32,000 bases of DNA from positions 120,001 through 152,000 of the forward strand of contig ACYB01000031.1 of the NCBI GenBank assembly GCA_000175855.1, in the 5' to 3' direction. Positions 19,377 through 29,338 of this stretch are shown here, piece by piece. This DNA is from Raphidiopsis brookii D9 (GTDB taxonomy: Bacteria; Cyanobacteriota; Cyanobacteriia; Cyanobacteriales; Nostocaceae). The position numbers were made by a program, and so were the translations under genes. Numbering within the stretch: the stretch's first letter is position 1; each line of letters opens with the position of its first letter. The notes under the pieces were generated by a model, which worked only from the letters and a program-made list of their open reading frames with translations, was not told where the DNA came from and ran no database searches.

Positions 19377-19504
19377 GCCTCCGCCCAGGTAAGACACCAC
19401 TGAATGCGATTAAAGCAGGTACGGGAATAATTAAGGTCAATACGCTTTATTCCGTTTCCTGCCCCTGCTTAAAAGCGAGGGGCTAGCAACCTCGCAGACT
19501 TTTT
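19377..19504 (+). ncRNA. Candidate structured RNA ending in a terminator-like hairpin
   Basis: Stems: GCCTCCGC(19377-19384)/GCGAGGGGC(19475-19483, one bulged A); GCAGG(19415-19419)/CCTGC(19458-19462); CGGGAATAA(19422-19430)/TTATTCCG(19447-19454); terminal GCGAGG(19475-19480)/CCTCGC(19490-19495) followed by AGACTTTTT. Confidence 0.45.
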
Positions 19505-19521
19505 ATGTGTTGATGGCGCTT

Positions 19522-20250
19522 TTAACTAACTCTGTTAATTGATTCTGCTGGTAAGCAAATCAAATTATCACCCTGGGTGAGAATTAGTCCACGTTGACGT
19601 AACTTACCCATCAAGCGGGTGACAGTGACTCGGGTAGAACCGATCGCACTACCAATTTGGGCATGGGTAAGGGGAAAAGGTAGACAATAACCACGAATGA
19701 CATCAGGATCAGTTTCACTCATTGCTGGTTCTCCGTATTCCTCAATCAACAAGGTGAGAAATCCCAGGAGTCGGTCGATGGTGCGGCGTTGACCTAAAGC
19801 ACTTAACCATAACAACTTACGTTGATGTTGGTATCTAAAAGCATCCATAACTTCACGACGGAAGTGAGGCCAGTTATCTAAATCATGCCAGTACATCCAC
19901 AGAACCGCAGTTTGGTCAACGTGGGCATAAGCTTGGAGTGTAAATGGGGACTGGGCAACTATTTCAAATGGTTGTCCTGCTCCTACAAAACCCAAAAATG
20001 CTTCCTCAGGAGTTCTGTTGATGCGTCTGGATGTTAGTTGACTAGCAGTAGCACTTACTTGTGCTGTTCCCACCATGCGGATGGCACCTCTTTGAACTAA
20101 ATATAGTAATCCAGGTCTAGCGGGAATGCGTTCGTCTTTACTGAAGGTGCGACAACGGTAGTGTTCTTGTGCCCAGTCAAGAATTCGTTGCCAGGTTAAA
20201 AATGGGCGTGATGCTTCGGAAAAAGATGATTGAGATTGCATAGGTAACAA
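19522..20250 (-). CDS. Crp/Fnr-type transcriptional regulator
   Basis: C-terminal HTH 'LPFPLTHAQIGSAIGSTRVTVTRLMGKLRQRGLI' with an N-terminal effector-type domain. Confidence 0.85.
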   Translation of the reverse strand: MLPMQSQSSFSEASRPFLTWQRILDWAQEHYRCRTFSKDERIPARPGLLYLVQRGAIRMVGTAQVSATASQLTSRRINRTPEEAFLGFVGAGQPFEIVAQSPFTLQAYAHVDQTAVLWMYWHDLDNWPHFRREVMDAFRYQHQRKLLWLSALGQRRTIDRLLGFLTLLIEEYGEPAMSETDPDVIRGYCLPFPLTHAQIGSAIGSTRVTVTRLMGKLRQRGLILTQGDNLICLPAESINRVS

Positions 20251-20408
20251 ATAACGTTCAACTCAAGACAAAGATTAAATTAAAAGACCCAAGGAGTGTC
20301 TTGGTGTTAACAGGGTAGGCCTAACACCTAATGGTGTCAGCTATCCAAAATGTAGACAGCTAGTATGGGTATATGTTGCTATCTACTATTTTGTTATACT
20401 TCTTAGCC

Positions 20409-21457
20409 ATGAGAGTAGTAAAGTTTACTGATTATTCATGGATTACTCATGAAATTTTATCCTACCCTCATTTTCCTCTACTTAGAGTAAATTTCTATCT
20501 TAAGACAGATGGAAAAGGATAAAATTGGGATAACCCTAAGAGTTTTCTGTTTGACTACGTGCAACACTGGCTACTATTTCAGAAGTATACCTCAGTTAAA
20601 CATCTAGTATATATCCATTTGGTGAATTTTCTAAGTGTTTATACTAAGGATGAGAAAATTCTATGGATGGAACGAGGAAAATTACCTCTATACCAAGATA
20701 CAAATGGTAAAAAATATTATATATTGCTGGTGTAGCTTTGCAAGTCTTCCCTGGGGATAATTTTTTAGCACCTGGTAAACTAACTGATCATAAGCTTGAT
20801 TTGGTTAGTTTGATTGCAAGCCATTTTTCCACCAGCAACAGCCATATTTTTAACGTTCAGGTTCCCGCAACTGGTTCCATTCATATCCAACCAACTGAAT
20901 TGACTATAGCATCTTGGTTACATAGACTCACAATTAAAGATCATAATTGGCAACCTATACTAGACTGGAGCGTGAAATCCCAAATTCGGAGCTATAGTTC
21001 TCTCTATAATTCAGTAAGTATTTTTGCTATTCAACATGCTTACTCCAGGTGTGTTTCACTTATTAGTTTAGCAAAACGTGAAGGCTGGATAAAAATTGTC
21101 GAAAATGATACTGACAGTCAACCGTTATTATCAGTCAGTTCCATACCTTGGTTAGACGATTGCCAAAAGCTCCGTTTTTATCAACCGGATGAAATTCATC
21201 TCATTCACCTGTTGGTGAGAACTGTGGATGATTTGGCATTCCCCCATATTCAGCGTTCTATTAATTGGTTAGCAGTGGCTGAAAAATTAAGTTCCGCATT
21301 TGAGAAATTTTGGTCTAGCTGTCCAATTTGGGGATATGTAAAAATTCATGATCTGGAACTAGCTAAAGCGAGAATAGGAATGCTGATTTTGACTCAATTA
21401 GTTATAAAGTATATTTTGGAGGTTAAATTGGGTGTCACTGCTATTTCTCAGTTGTGA
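20409..21457 (+). pseudogene. DALR anticodon-binding-domain-like protein, apparently degenerate; the track ORF 20738-21457 is only its 3' part
   Basis: Frame from ATG 20409: MRVVKFTDYSWITHEILSYPHFPLLRVNFYLKTDGKG*NWDNPKSFLFDYVQHWLLFQKYTSVKHLVYIHLVNFLSVYTKDEKILWMERGKLPLYQDTNGKK, then at the A6 run 20709-20714 it continues only in another frame as ILYIAGVALQVFPGDNFLAPGKLTDHKLDLVSLIASHF... to the DALR-like C-terminus. Confidence 0.6.
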
Positions 21458-21460
21458 TCA

Positions 21461-22345
21461 CTATTGAAGTAAAAACTTTTCTATGGCAATTGCTACCCCA
21501 TCCTCTTCCACACCAGCAGTAACCCAATTGGCGATCGCCTGTACTGGTTGGGGTGCACCACCCATGGCCACACCAATGCCAGCATATTCCAGCATTTCCA
21601 GGTCATTGAAATTATCACCAATGGTCATCACATTATCACTGGTTAATCCCAGTAGTTCCTCCGCCAAATATCTCACAGCAGTACCTTTATTGACAAAAGG
21701 GTTAGTTACCTCCAAAAAAGTGGAGACAGAAGTTGTCATATAAAGTTCTGCAGGAGTATATTGGAGACGTAACTTACCCAAAAGTTCCTGAATCAAATCC
21801 ACATCATGGGATAAAGCCAAAACCTTAGTGGGTCCTGGGGAGGAATCATGATCAGTTAACAACTGACGTAAATCGCCAATAGCTAAAGGGGTAACACCAC
21901 AACGCTCCACATATATTGTGGTTTCGGTTGTCATCTCCCGCACGTAAAGTTGATCACCAAGGTAAAAATGAACAGAAAGCAAAGGGCGTAAATCTGGTTG
22001 TTCAAAGTAATTTAACAACTGATCAGCAATGCTCTTAGAAACGGCTAGGTGACGATGTAACTCACCCGTGTGAGGATTTTGAATCCAAGCTCCTTGATAA
22101 GCCATTAGTGGTAAGCTAGACCTAATATCCTGATGAAATCGCAAAGCCGAGCAGTACATCCTTCCAGTAGCTATAGCTACCTGAATTCCCTGACTTTGAA
22201 CTTTGGCAATAGCCATTTTAACAGTTTCACTAATTTGATTGTCATGTCCAGCAATTGTACCGTCTATGTCCAATACCAGGAGCTTGATCTCCCCACTAAT
22301 TATCGGTTGATTGTTGATAGATACCATAATAAAACATGCTTCCAT
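21461..22345 (-). CDS. Cof-type HAD-superfamily hydrolase
   Basis: 'LLVLDIDGTIAGHDNQIS', 'VAIATGRMYCSALRF', 'VMTIGDNFNDLEMLEYAGIGVAMGGA'. Confidence 0.93.
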   Translation of the reverse strand: MEACFIMVSINNQPIISGEIKLLVLDIDGTIAGHDNQISETVKMAIAKVQSQGIQVAIATGRMYCSALRFHQDIRSSLPLMAYQGAWIQNPHTGELHRHLAVSKSIADQLLNYFEQPDLRPLLSVHFYLGDQLYVREMTTETTIYVERCGVTPLAIGDLRQLLTDHDSSPGPTKVLALSHDVDLIQELLGKLRLQYTPAELYMTTSVSTFLEVTNPFVNKGTAVRYLAEELLGLTSDNVMTIGDNFNDLEMLEYAGIGVAMGGAPQPVQAIANWVTAGVEEDGVAIAIEKFLLQ

Positions 22346-22390
22346 TATTGATTGTTTTCAACGCCAAATTATCAACCATAGGCCAACTCA

Positions 22391-25357
22391 GTGATTTTAG
22401 ATTCTGTAGACCAAAGTTATCCTACCATCATTCTGGTAGATGGACACTCCCTAGCTTTCCGCTCCTATTTTGCCTTTGCCAAAAGTAGAGCAGGTGGATT
22501 ACGCACAAAATCAGGTATTCCTACCAATGTTTGTTTTGGCTTCATGCAATGTTTATTAGATGTAATAGTAAAAGAACAGCCACAAGCTATAGCAGTAGCA
22601 TTTGATTTAGCTGCACCCACTTTTCGCCATGAAGCAGATAGTAACTATAAAGCAAATAGGGCAGATACACCGGAAGATTTCATTCCCGACTTAGTTAACT
22701 TGTATGATTTATTAGAAGCATTAAACATACAAGTTATCACACAGCCGGGTTACGAAGCAGATGATATATTGGGCACCTTGGCCGAAACATCAGTCTGTAG
22801 TGGCTACCGGGTGAAAATCCTATCGGGAGACAGGGATTTATTTCAGCTTATTGATGAAAATAAAGGAATTTCAGTTTTAAACTTTACCCCGGAAGCATTA
22901 AAAAGTTCTTCCAACGGAATCAAAGAATTTCACACCCTAGACGTTAAGGAAAAATTAGGGGTTTTACCTACTCAAGTTGTAGACTTCAAAGCTCTTTGTG
23001 GTGATACATCTGATAACATTCCTGGAGTTAAGGGAATTGGAGAAAAAACGGCGGTTAAATTATTAAATATCTATAAATCTCTGACGGAAATTTATGCCAA
23101 TATTAATAAAATTACCGGTGCAAATCAGCAAAAACTAATTGCAGGTCAGGAAAGTGCCTTCCATTCCCAATATTTAGCTAAGATAGTTACGGACGTACCC
23201 ATAACAATCAAAATACAAGACTGTCATTTAAAAGGTTTTGATACTGCTAAGATAATTCCCATTCTGGAGAAATTAGAATTCAAGAAATTTCTCGACAAGA
23301 TTCAAGAAATAGAGAAAAAATTCATCCATTCTCAGTCAACTTCCTTGACCGGGGAAACTAATAACTCTAACACTAATAACTTGTCACTGGATGATGATTT
23401 ATGGTTTTTCAGTGCAGCAGATACGGTAAATGCACAAAAATCACAAACATTAAAACAAGGTAGTTCGGAGATTAAAGTCCGAATTATAGATACAGAAGAT
23501 AAATTGCGAGAATTAGTTAATATACTAGAACAGCATAAAGATCCAGAAAACCCAGTTGCCTGGGATACAGAAACCACAGATTTAGATCCAAGAAATGCAA
23601 ATTTAGTAGGAATAGGTTGTTGTTGGGGGACGGGAGAAAATGATGTGGCTTATATCCCCTTGGGACATAATATAACAAGTAACCTAGAGAAGAATCTTCC
23701 CCTAAATACAGTATTATCAACCTTGGAGAAAATTTTAGTCAGTGGGGATTATCCTAAAACATTTCAAAATGCTAAGTTTGATAGATTGATTTTTAAATAC
23801 CAGGGAATTACCTTGGATGGTGTGGTATTTGATCCCATGTTGGCTAGTTACGTATTAAATCCTGATCGCACCCACAACTTAACTGACCTAGCATTAAGAT
23901 ATTTAGGATTGCAGTTGACAGAATATGATGATATTGTGCAAAAGTCAGGTAAAAAAGAACGACAAAAAACTATTGCTGATATTAGTATTCATACAGTTGC
24001 CAATTATTGTGGCAAACAGGTTTATGCAACCTGGCAATTGGTGGGTAAATTAAGAGAGGAATTAAATGAAATTCCTGCCTTATTTAAGTTGCTGGTAGAT
24101 GTGGAGCAACCATTAGAAGTAGTATTAGCAGAAATGGAACATAGGGGGGTAATAATAAATTCTGCTTATCTACAACAATTGTCCCAACATATAGAATCAG
24201 ATTTAGCTACCCTAGAAATTAAAGCAACAAAAATTGCTGGAGAAAAATTCAACCTAGGATCCCCAAAACAACTTAGCTATATTCTGTTTGAAAAGCTAGG
24301 TTTAAGTACCAAATATTCTCGCAAGATATCCACAGGTTATTCTACAGATGCAGCAACTCTAGAAAAACTACAAGAGGTTGATCAAACTGGTTTTGTAGAC
24401 GCGATTATTGAATATCGAACATTGGCTAAATTAAAATCAACCTATGTGGATGCTTTACCAGAACTAGTAAATCACAAAACTCAGCGAATTCACACCAACT
24501 TTAACCAAACTGCAACTGCAACCGGTAGATTATCTTCTTCCAATCCTAATTTGCAAAACATTCCCATTCGTACAGCTTTTAGCAGACAAATTAGAAAAGC
24601 CTTTTTACCTGAATCCGGTTGGCTAATGGTTGCTGCTGATTATTCCCAAATTGAATTGAGAATATTGGCACATTTAAGTCAAGAACCAATGTTAATTCAA
24701 GCCTATAGCAACAATCAGGATATTCATACTCTCACAGCAAAACTACTCTTTGATAAAGAGGATGTCACATCAGAAGAAAGGCGTTTTGCTAAAACTATTA
24801 ATTTTGGTGTGATTTATGGAATGGGTGTATTAAAATTCTCTCGCTCCACAGGTGTAGACAAGAATATAGCAAATGAATTTATTCAGAAATTTAATCAAAG
24901 ATATCCGTTAGTTTTTACATACTTAGAAACTATTAAGAAACAGGCTATTTCTCAAGGTTATGTGGAAACAATTCTAGGGAGAAGACGTTATTTTGATTTC
25001 ACTAATAAAACCCTACAGCAGTTAAAAGGTAAAGATTTACAAGAAATAGAACTAAACAAGTTAAAGAATTTAGGTCCCTACGATGCAGGACTATTACGCT
25101 CTGCTGCTAATGCACCAATTCAGGGTTCTAGTGCGGACATTATTAAGATTGCTATGGTCAGGTTACATGAGGTATTAAGGCGTTATCAAGCAAAATTACT
25201 TTTACAGGTACACGATGAGTTGGTTTTTGAAGTTCCCCCCAGTGAGTGGGATGAGCTACAATTACAAATTAAGTCAGTTATGGAGAATGCAATGAAATTA
25301 AGCGTTCCCCTAGTAGTGGATATACATGTGGGTGAAAACTGGATGGAAACAAAATAA
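22391..25357 (+). CDS. polA: DNA polymerase I (5' nuclease, DxE-containing 3'-5' exonuclease, polymerase)
   Basis: 'LVDGHSLAFRSYFAF', 'VAWDTETTDLDP', 'DYSQIELRILAHLSQ', 'RRFAKTINFGVIYGMG', 'LLQVHDELVFEVP'. Confidence 0.98.
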   Translation: MILDSVDQSYPTIILVDGHSLAFRSYFAFAKSRAGGLRTKSGIPTNVCFGFMQCLLDVIVKEQPQAIAVAFDLAAPTFRHEADSNYKANRADTPEDFIPDLVNLYDLLEALNIQVITQPGYEADDILGTLAETSVCSGYRVKILSGDRDLFQLIDENKGISVLNFTPEALKSSSNGIKEFHTLDVKEKLGVLPTQVVDFKALCGDTSDNIPGVKGIGEKTAVKLLNIYKSLTEIYANINKITGANQQKLIAGQESAFHSQYLAKIVTDVPITIKIQDCHLKGFDTAKIIPILEKLEFKKFLDKIQEIEKKFIHSQSTSLTGETNNSNTNNLSLDDDLWFFSAADTVNAQKSQTLKQGSSEIKVRIIDTEDKLRELVNILEQHKDPENPVAWDTETTDLDPRNANLVGIGCCWGTGENDVAYIPLGHNITSNLEKNLPLNTVLSTLEKILVSGDYPKTFQNAKFDRLIFKYQGITLDGVVFDPMLASYVLNPDRTHNLTDLALRYLGLQLTEYDDIVQKSGKKERQKTIADISIHTVANYCGKQVYATWQLVGKLREELNEIPALFKLLVDVEQPLEVVLAEMEHRGVIINSAYLQQLSQHIESDLATLEIKATKIAGEKFNLGSPKQLSYILFEKLGLSTKYSRKISTGYSTDAATLEKLQEVDQTGFVDAIIEYRTLAKLKSTYVDALPELVNHKTQRIHTNFNQTATATGRLSSSNPNLQNIPIRTAFSRQIRKAFLPESGWLMVAADYSQIELRILAHLSQEPMLIQAYSNNQDIHTLTAKLLFDKEDVTSEERRFAKTINFGVIYGMGVLKFSRSTGVDKNIANEFIQKFNQRYPLVFTYLETIKKQAISQGYVETILGRRRYFDFTNKTLQQLKGKDLQEIELNKLKNLGPYDAGLLRSAANAPIQGSSADIIKIAMVRLHEVLRRYQAKLLLQVHDELVFEVPPSEWDELQLQIKSVMENAMKLSVPLVVDIHVGENWMETK

Positions 25358-25364
25358 AAGTTCT

Positions 25365-26195
25365 CTAAGGTTTAAAAAATTCCATGATCTGTTCCACAAA
25401 CATTAGGGGATTTTCTAAGTGCGTGTTGTGTGCAGCTCGGTTAATTGTCACCAATTTACTGCCTGGAATTAAATTGTATATAACAGTATTAATATCAATA
25501 AACTTCTGATCATATTCACCTACTAATAAAAGCAGGGGAATTTGACTATATTCTAGTTTGTGCCATAGTGAAGGTTGATATCCAGTACCCATAAATTGTA
25601 AGGATTTAGATATTTTTAAGGGACTATTTTCTAATCTGGTTTCTATCATTTTTGGATATGCTGGATGATTTTTTATCTGACCGAAAATGGGCTGACTATA
25701 CCAGTTTTTTAAAAAAACACCAAACTCATTTCTGGTGCTAATTCTGGTTAACTTTTGGATAATTCCAGCATCGCTTTTTATTCTCATTATTCTCTGGGAA
25801 TCAGTTGATAAGCCAGGTGAGGAAGATTCTAGCACAACTTTAATAAATCTCTCCGGAAAATTTATGGTGAGATATAGTGCTATTCTTCCTCCCATAGAAT
25901 AACCTACTAAAAAGCATTTTTCTATCTTTAGTTCATCCAGGAGATTAATAATAGCCTGGGCCGTATTTTCCATTTGATAATAATCATTACCCCCTAACAC
26001 CTCAGTCTTTCCATGTCCTGGTAAATCCACAGTTAAGTAGGAAAAATTATTATTTAGTAATTTTATGACATTATCAAACTCGTAAATATTACCCATAAAA
26101 CCATGCAAAAATATAATTACCTGCCTATCACTATTTAAATCTAAACAATAGTGCAGTAGGATTCTCGAATCAAAAAAGCTATATTTTTTATTCAC
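25365..26195 (-). CDS. menH: Alpha/beta hydrolase, MenH-like (2-succinyl-6-hydroxy-2,4-cyclohexadiene-1-carboxylate synthase)
   Basis: 'IIFLHGFMGNIYEFDNVI', 'VDLPGHGKT', nucleophile elbow 'LVGYSMGGRIALYL', 'VTINRAAHNTHLENP'. Confidence 0.7.
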   Translation of the reverse strand: MNKKYSFFDSRILLHYCLDLNSDRQVIIFLHGFMGNIYEFDNVIKLLNNNFSYLTVDLPGHGKTEVLGGNDYYQMENTAQAIINLLDELKIEKCFLVGYSMGGRIALYLTINFPERFIKVVLESSSPGLSTDSQRIMRIKSDAGIIQKLTRISTRNEFGVFLKNWYSQPIFGQIKNHPAYPKMIETRLENSPLKISKSLQFMGTGYQPSLWHKLEYSQIPLLLLVGEYDQKFIDINTVIYNLIPGSKLVTINRAAHNTHLENPLMFVEQIMEFFKP

Positions 26196-26292
26196 AAATT
26201 CCTTATAAATTCCTTATAAATTAATGCTACCTATAACAAGCAGTGAACTCATAGGACACAATATACGCTTATTATATTTATTAGGTGGGAGT

Positions 26293-26718
26293 ATGCCAAA
26301 ACGTGTTGTAATAGAACCTCATTTAACTACTGGAGACTTAGAAATCCGTTATCAACAATCACAGAATAGCATTGAACGCAGTCATTATCAAATCATCTGG
26401 TTGTTAGCAATGGGGAAAACAACTCTAGAAGTGTCCACTGCTACGGGATATGGTGTTTCCTGGATTTATGAGTTAGTTCGTAGTTATAATCGTTACGGTC
26501 CAGAGATTCTGGGGGACCTGCGCAGAAACAACCGGGGGACAAAGCCATTATTGAACCATGAGCAACTTCAGTATTTGCAGCAAGTTTTACAGTCCGAACC
26601 CGAAGATGGGGGTCCGTGGAATGGTGCTAAAGTGTCTCAATGGATGAGTAAAATATTAAATAGAAATGTTTATCCTCAAAGAGGATGGGAATATTTGAAG
26701 AAACTTCAAAATGGATAA
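26293..26718 (+). pseudogene. IS630-like transposase N-terminal fragment (HTH part only)
   Basis: 'SIERSHYQIIWLLAMGKTTLEVSTATGYGVSWIYELVRSYNRYGPEILGDLRRNNRGTKPLLNHEQLQ...YPQRGWEYLKKLQNG*'. No catalytic domain follows. Confidence 0.75.
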
Positions 26719-27016
26719 TTCTTCTAGTTTTCCCTAGTTTTACCCAGAGCGGAAAACAAAATTCCCAAAAAAATTGACATTTTGCACAGTCCAGTCCAAA
26801 ATAGTCTATGTTTACCTTTGCCCAAAATGTTGATTTTTGGGTAGAGGTATAGATAGGGATCTAAATGCAGCAATCATGTTATCGCGTCTGGCTAAGGCGT
26901 GCAAGTCTACTGAGGGATAACCGCTCCCATGCTCCTGTTGAAGTAGAAAGTAAAGTCTAGTTTTGTCTAGGTTTTATATAGCAGACTACAGACTCAGCTT
27001 ATATGTGATTGTTTGA

Positions 27017-29338
27017 GTGGAAAACCTCTACTGGCTAGAAAAAATCAATCCAGAAGACTGTCCCTTGGTTGGAGATAAAGCGTTTTACCTGAGCAGAATT
27101 TTCCAAAAGGGCTATCCGGTTGTTCCTGGGTTCGTACCTTCCGCAGGTCTGTGGCGCGAATTCGTGGTAAATCTCACCAGCTCCGAATCCTTAGTTGCGG
27201 ATTTACCCAACTCCTCCCTACATTTGGATGTCAATAATTGGCGGCAACTTCAACAAGTAGCTAGTCGTTTGCGACAAGAAGTGATTAGTGCTAGTCTACC
27301 TAGTTCTTGGGTTAGCCAAGTTTATCAAGCTAGTAAATATCTAACAGATAATTGTTTAATCTTACGTCCTAGTTTGAGCATATCATCGGCTAATTATCAT
27401 CTTGCAGGCAATATTTCTGGTTTGTTTAAACCAGTGTTTTGTGCTGTTAACGAACAATCTATCATGAATGGATTGAAGCAAACTTGGGGACAAATATTTG
27501 GGGCACGAAGCATTCTGTATTGGCAAAGTGTAGGTGTTAATTTACATCATATTAATTTGGCAGTATTAGTACAACCCGTGGAAAATGCGATCGCATCGGG
27601 GTCAATAAAATTTCATACTTCTGCATTAGAAATAGAAGCTACTTACGGATTAGGAGTAGCTATTACCAGGGGGGAGGTTTTGCCAGACGTTTATTACATT
27701 AACCATAACACGGGTGGGATTGAAGAAAAGCATTTGGGAAATAAGATTGTGGCATATTGTGTAGATGGATCTAAAGCAGTTACCAATGACAAGTGTTTAT
27801 TTTCCTATACAGTAAGCCAAGAACAGCAGAAGCTGTATGCACTACCAGATGAATTTCTAGAAGAAATTATTACTTTAGGGAATCAATTAGTTAGGGAACT
27901 AGGTAGAAAATTAACTATTAAATGGACTATTACTGCCAATCCCCCAAAACTGTACATTACTCAAGTTAATGTTCCTAGATCCCTAACTCCCCATCTGTTG
28001 CTGAAAGGGATTGGTGCAGCTAAAGGAAAAATAAATGCCAGTGCTTACGTAATAGGTAACATCCAGCCCAAACCACGGCAAATTCCTAAAGATGTCATTT
28101 TAGTCGCCCCAATAATTACAACTGAATGGTTTCCTATTTTACATAATGTTAGGGGTATTATTACTGAAAAAGGTGGGTTAACCAGTCATGGGGCAATTTT
28201 GTCTAGGGAATTGGGGATTCCTGCTATAGTCAGTGCTAGGAATGCGACCAATATAATTCAAACTGGGGAGAGAATATTACTAGATGGTGATCGGGGGGAG
28301 GTGTATTATAGTTCTAGTTCAGAAGATAGTTTGAAAGATGGTGAAAAAATCGCCCAGGGTGACCAGGAAGATTTTGATTTTTCCCATGAGAAAAGTTATG
28401 GTCGCGATGGGTTTAGTAACCATCGACTATTACCGATGATTGGCACTAAATTGCTGGTGAATCTTAGTCAGTCAAATTTGATTGAAAAAGTACGAAATTT
28501 GCCAGTGGATGGGGTGGGACTATTACGCTCTGAACTAATGTTACTAAATATTCTACATGGAGAAAATCCCTACAATTGGATTGCCAATGGTAGAGAAACA
28601 GAATTATTAGACAGGTTATCAAAGCAAATTCAGGAGTTTGTCCAAGCTTTTACACCGCGACCGATTTTTTATCGTTCTTTAGATTGGTATCATCAAGATT
28701 TATCTTCCTATCATGGTAGGGAAAATTCACCTGCTTCTATTTTAGGGGAACATGGGACTGCTAGTTATTTAAAAAATCCTGGAGTCTTTGAGCTAGAATT
28801 AAAAGCCCTAGCTAGGTTACAAAAAGATGGCTACAGTAATATTTATTTAATGCTTCCTTTTGTAAGAACAGTAGAAGAGTTTATATTTTGCCAACGCAAG
28901 GTTGTGGAGTTTGGATTAACTGAAAATCCCCAGTTTCAATTGTGGATCATGGCAGAAGTTCCTAGCGTTTTATTTTTATTACCGGAATATATTAAGTCTG
29001 GTGTGCGTGGTATTTCCATTGGTACTAATGATTTAACCCAATTAATTTTAGGTGTGGACCGGGAAACAGGAGACCTATCCCCCTTGCTTAATCAACGTCA
29101 TCCTGCTATTATGGGGGCTATTTCCCAGTTAATTAAAATGGCTCAAGCTGGTGGTATTTCCTGTTCTATTTGTGGTCAAGCTCCTGTTTTATATCCAGAA
29201 ATTATTGATCAGCTAATACAATGGGGTATAGATTCTATTTCTGTAGAACCGGAAGCAGTAGAAAGAACTTATCACACAATTGCTAGTGCTGAACAAAGAC
29301 TGATTCTTGCAGCAGCTAGAAAGCAACTAAGAGGTTAA
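27017..29338 (+). CDS. PEP-utilising / PEP-synthase-like protein with altered catalytic motifs
   Basis: 'GGLTSHGAILSRELGIPAIV' (phospho-His domain), 'GVGLLRSELMLL', 'YLMLPFVRTVEEF', 'GISIGTNDLTQLILGVDRETG', 'CSICGQAP'. Confidence 0.85.
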   Translation: MENLYWLEKINPEDCPLVGDKAFYLSRIFQKGYPVVPGFVPSAGLWREFVVNLTSSESLVADLPNSSLHLDVNNWRQLQQVASRLRQEVISASLPSSWVSQVYQASKYLTDNCLILRPSLSISSANYHLAGNISGLFKPVFCAVNEQSIMNGLKQTWGQIFGARSILYWQSVGVNLHHINLAVLVQPVENAIASGSIKFHTSALEIEATYGLGVAITRGEVLPDVYYINHNTGGIEEKHLGNKIVAYCVDGSKAVTNDKCLFSYTVSQEQQKLYALPDEFLEEIITLGNQLVRELGRKLTIKWTITANPPKLYITQVNVPRSLTPHLLLKGIGAAKGKINASAYVIGNIQPKPRQIPKDVILVAPIITTEWFPILHNVRGIITEKGGLTSHGAILSRELGIPAIVSARNATNIIQTGERILLDGDRGEVYYSSSSEDSLKDGEKIAQGDQEDFDFSHEKSYGRDGFSNHRLLPMIGTKLLVNLSQSNLIEKVRNLPVDGVGLLRSELMLLNILHGENPYNWIANGRETELLDRLSKQIQEFVQAFTPRPIFYRSLDWYHQDLSSYHGRENSPASILGEHGTASYLKNPGVFELELKALARLQKDGYSNIYLMLPFVRTVEEFIFCQRKVVEFGLTENPQFQLWIMAEVPSVLFLLPEYIKSGVRGISIGTNDLTQLILGVDRETGDLSPLLNQRHPAIMGAISQLIKMAQAGGISCSICGQAPVLYPEIIDQLIQWGIDSISVEPEAVERTYHTIASAEQRLILAAARKQLRG

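Noticed and set aside
19522-20250. Calling the Crp/Fnr-type regulator NtcA
   Set aside because: The N-terminal domain does not look like NtcA and the HTH is only generally Crp/Fnr-like. Gene name left empty.
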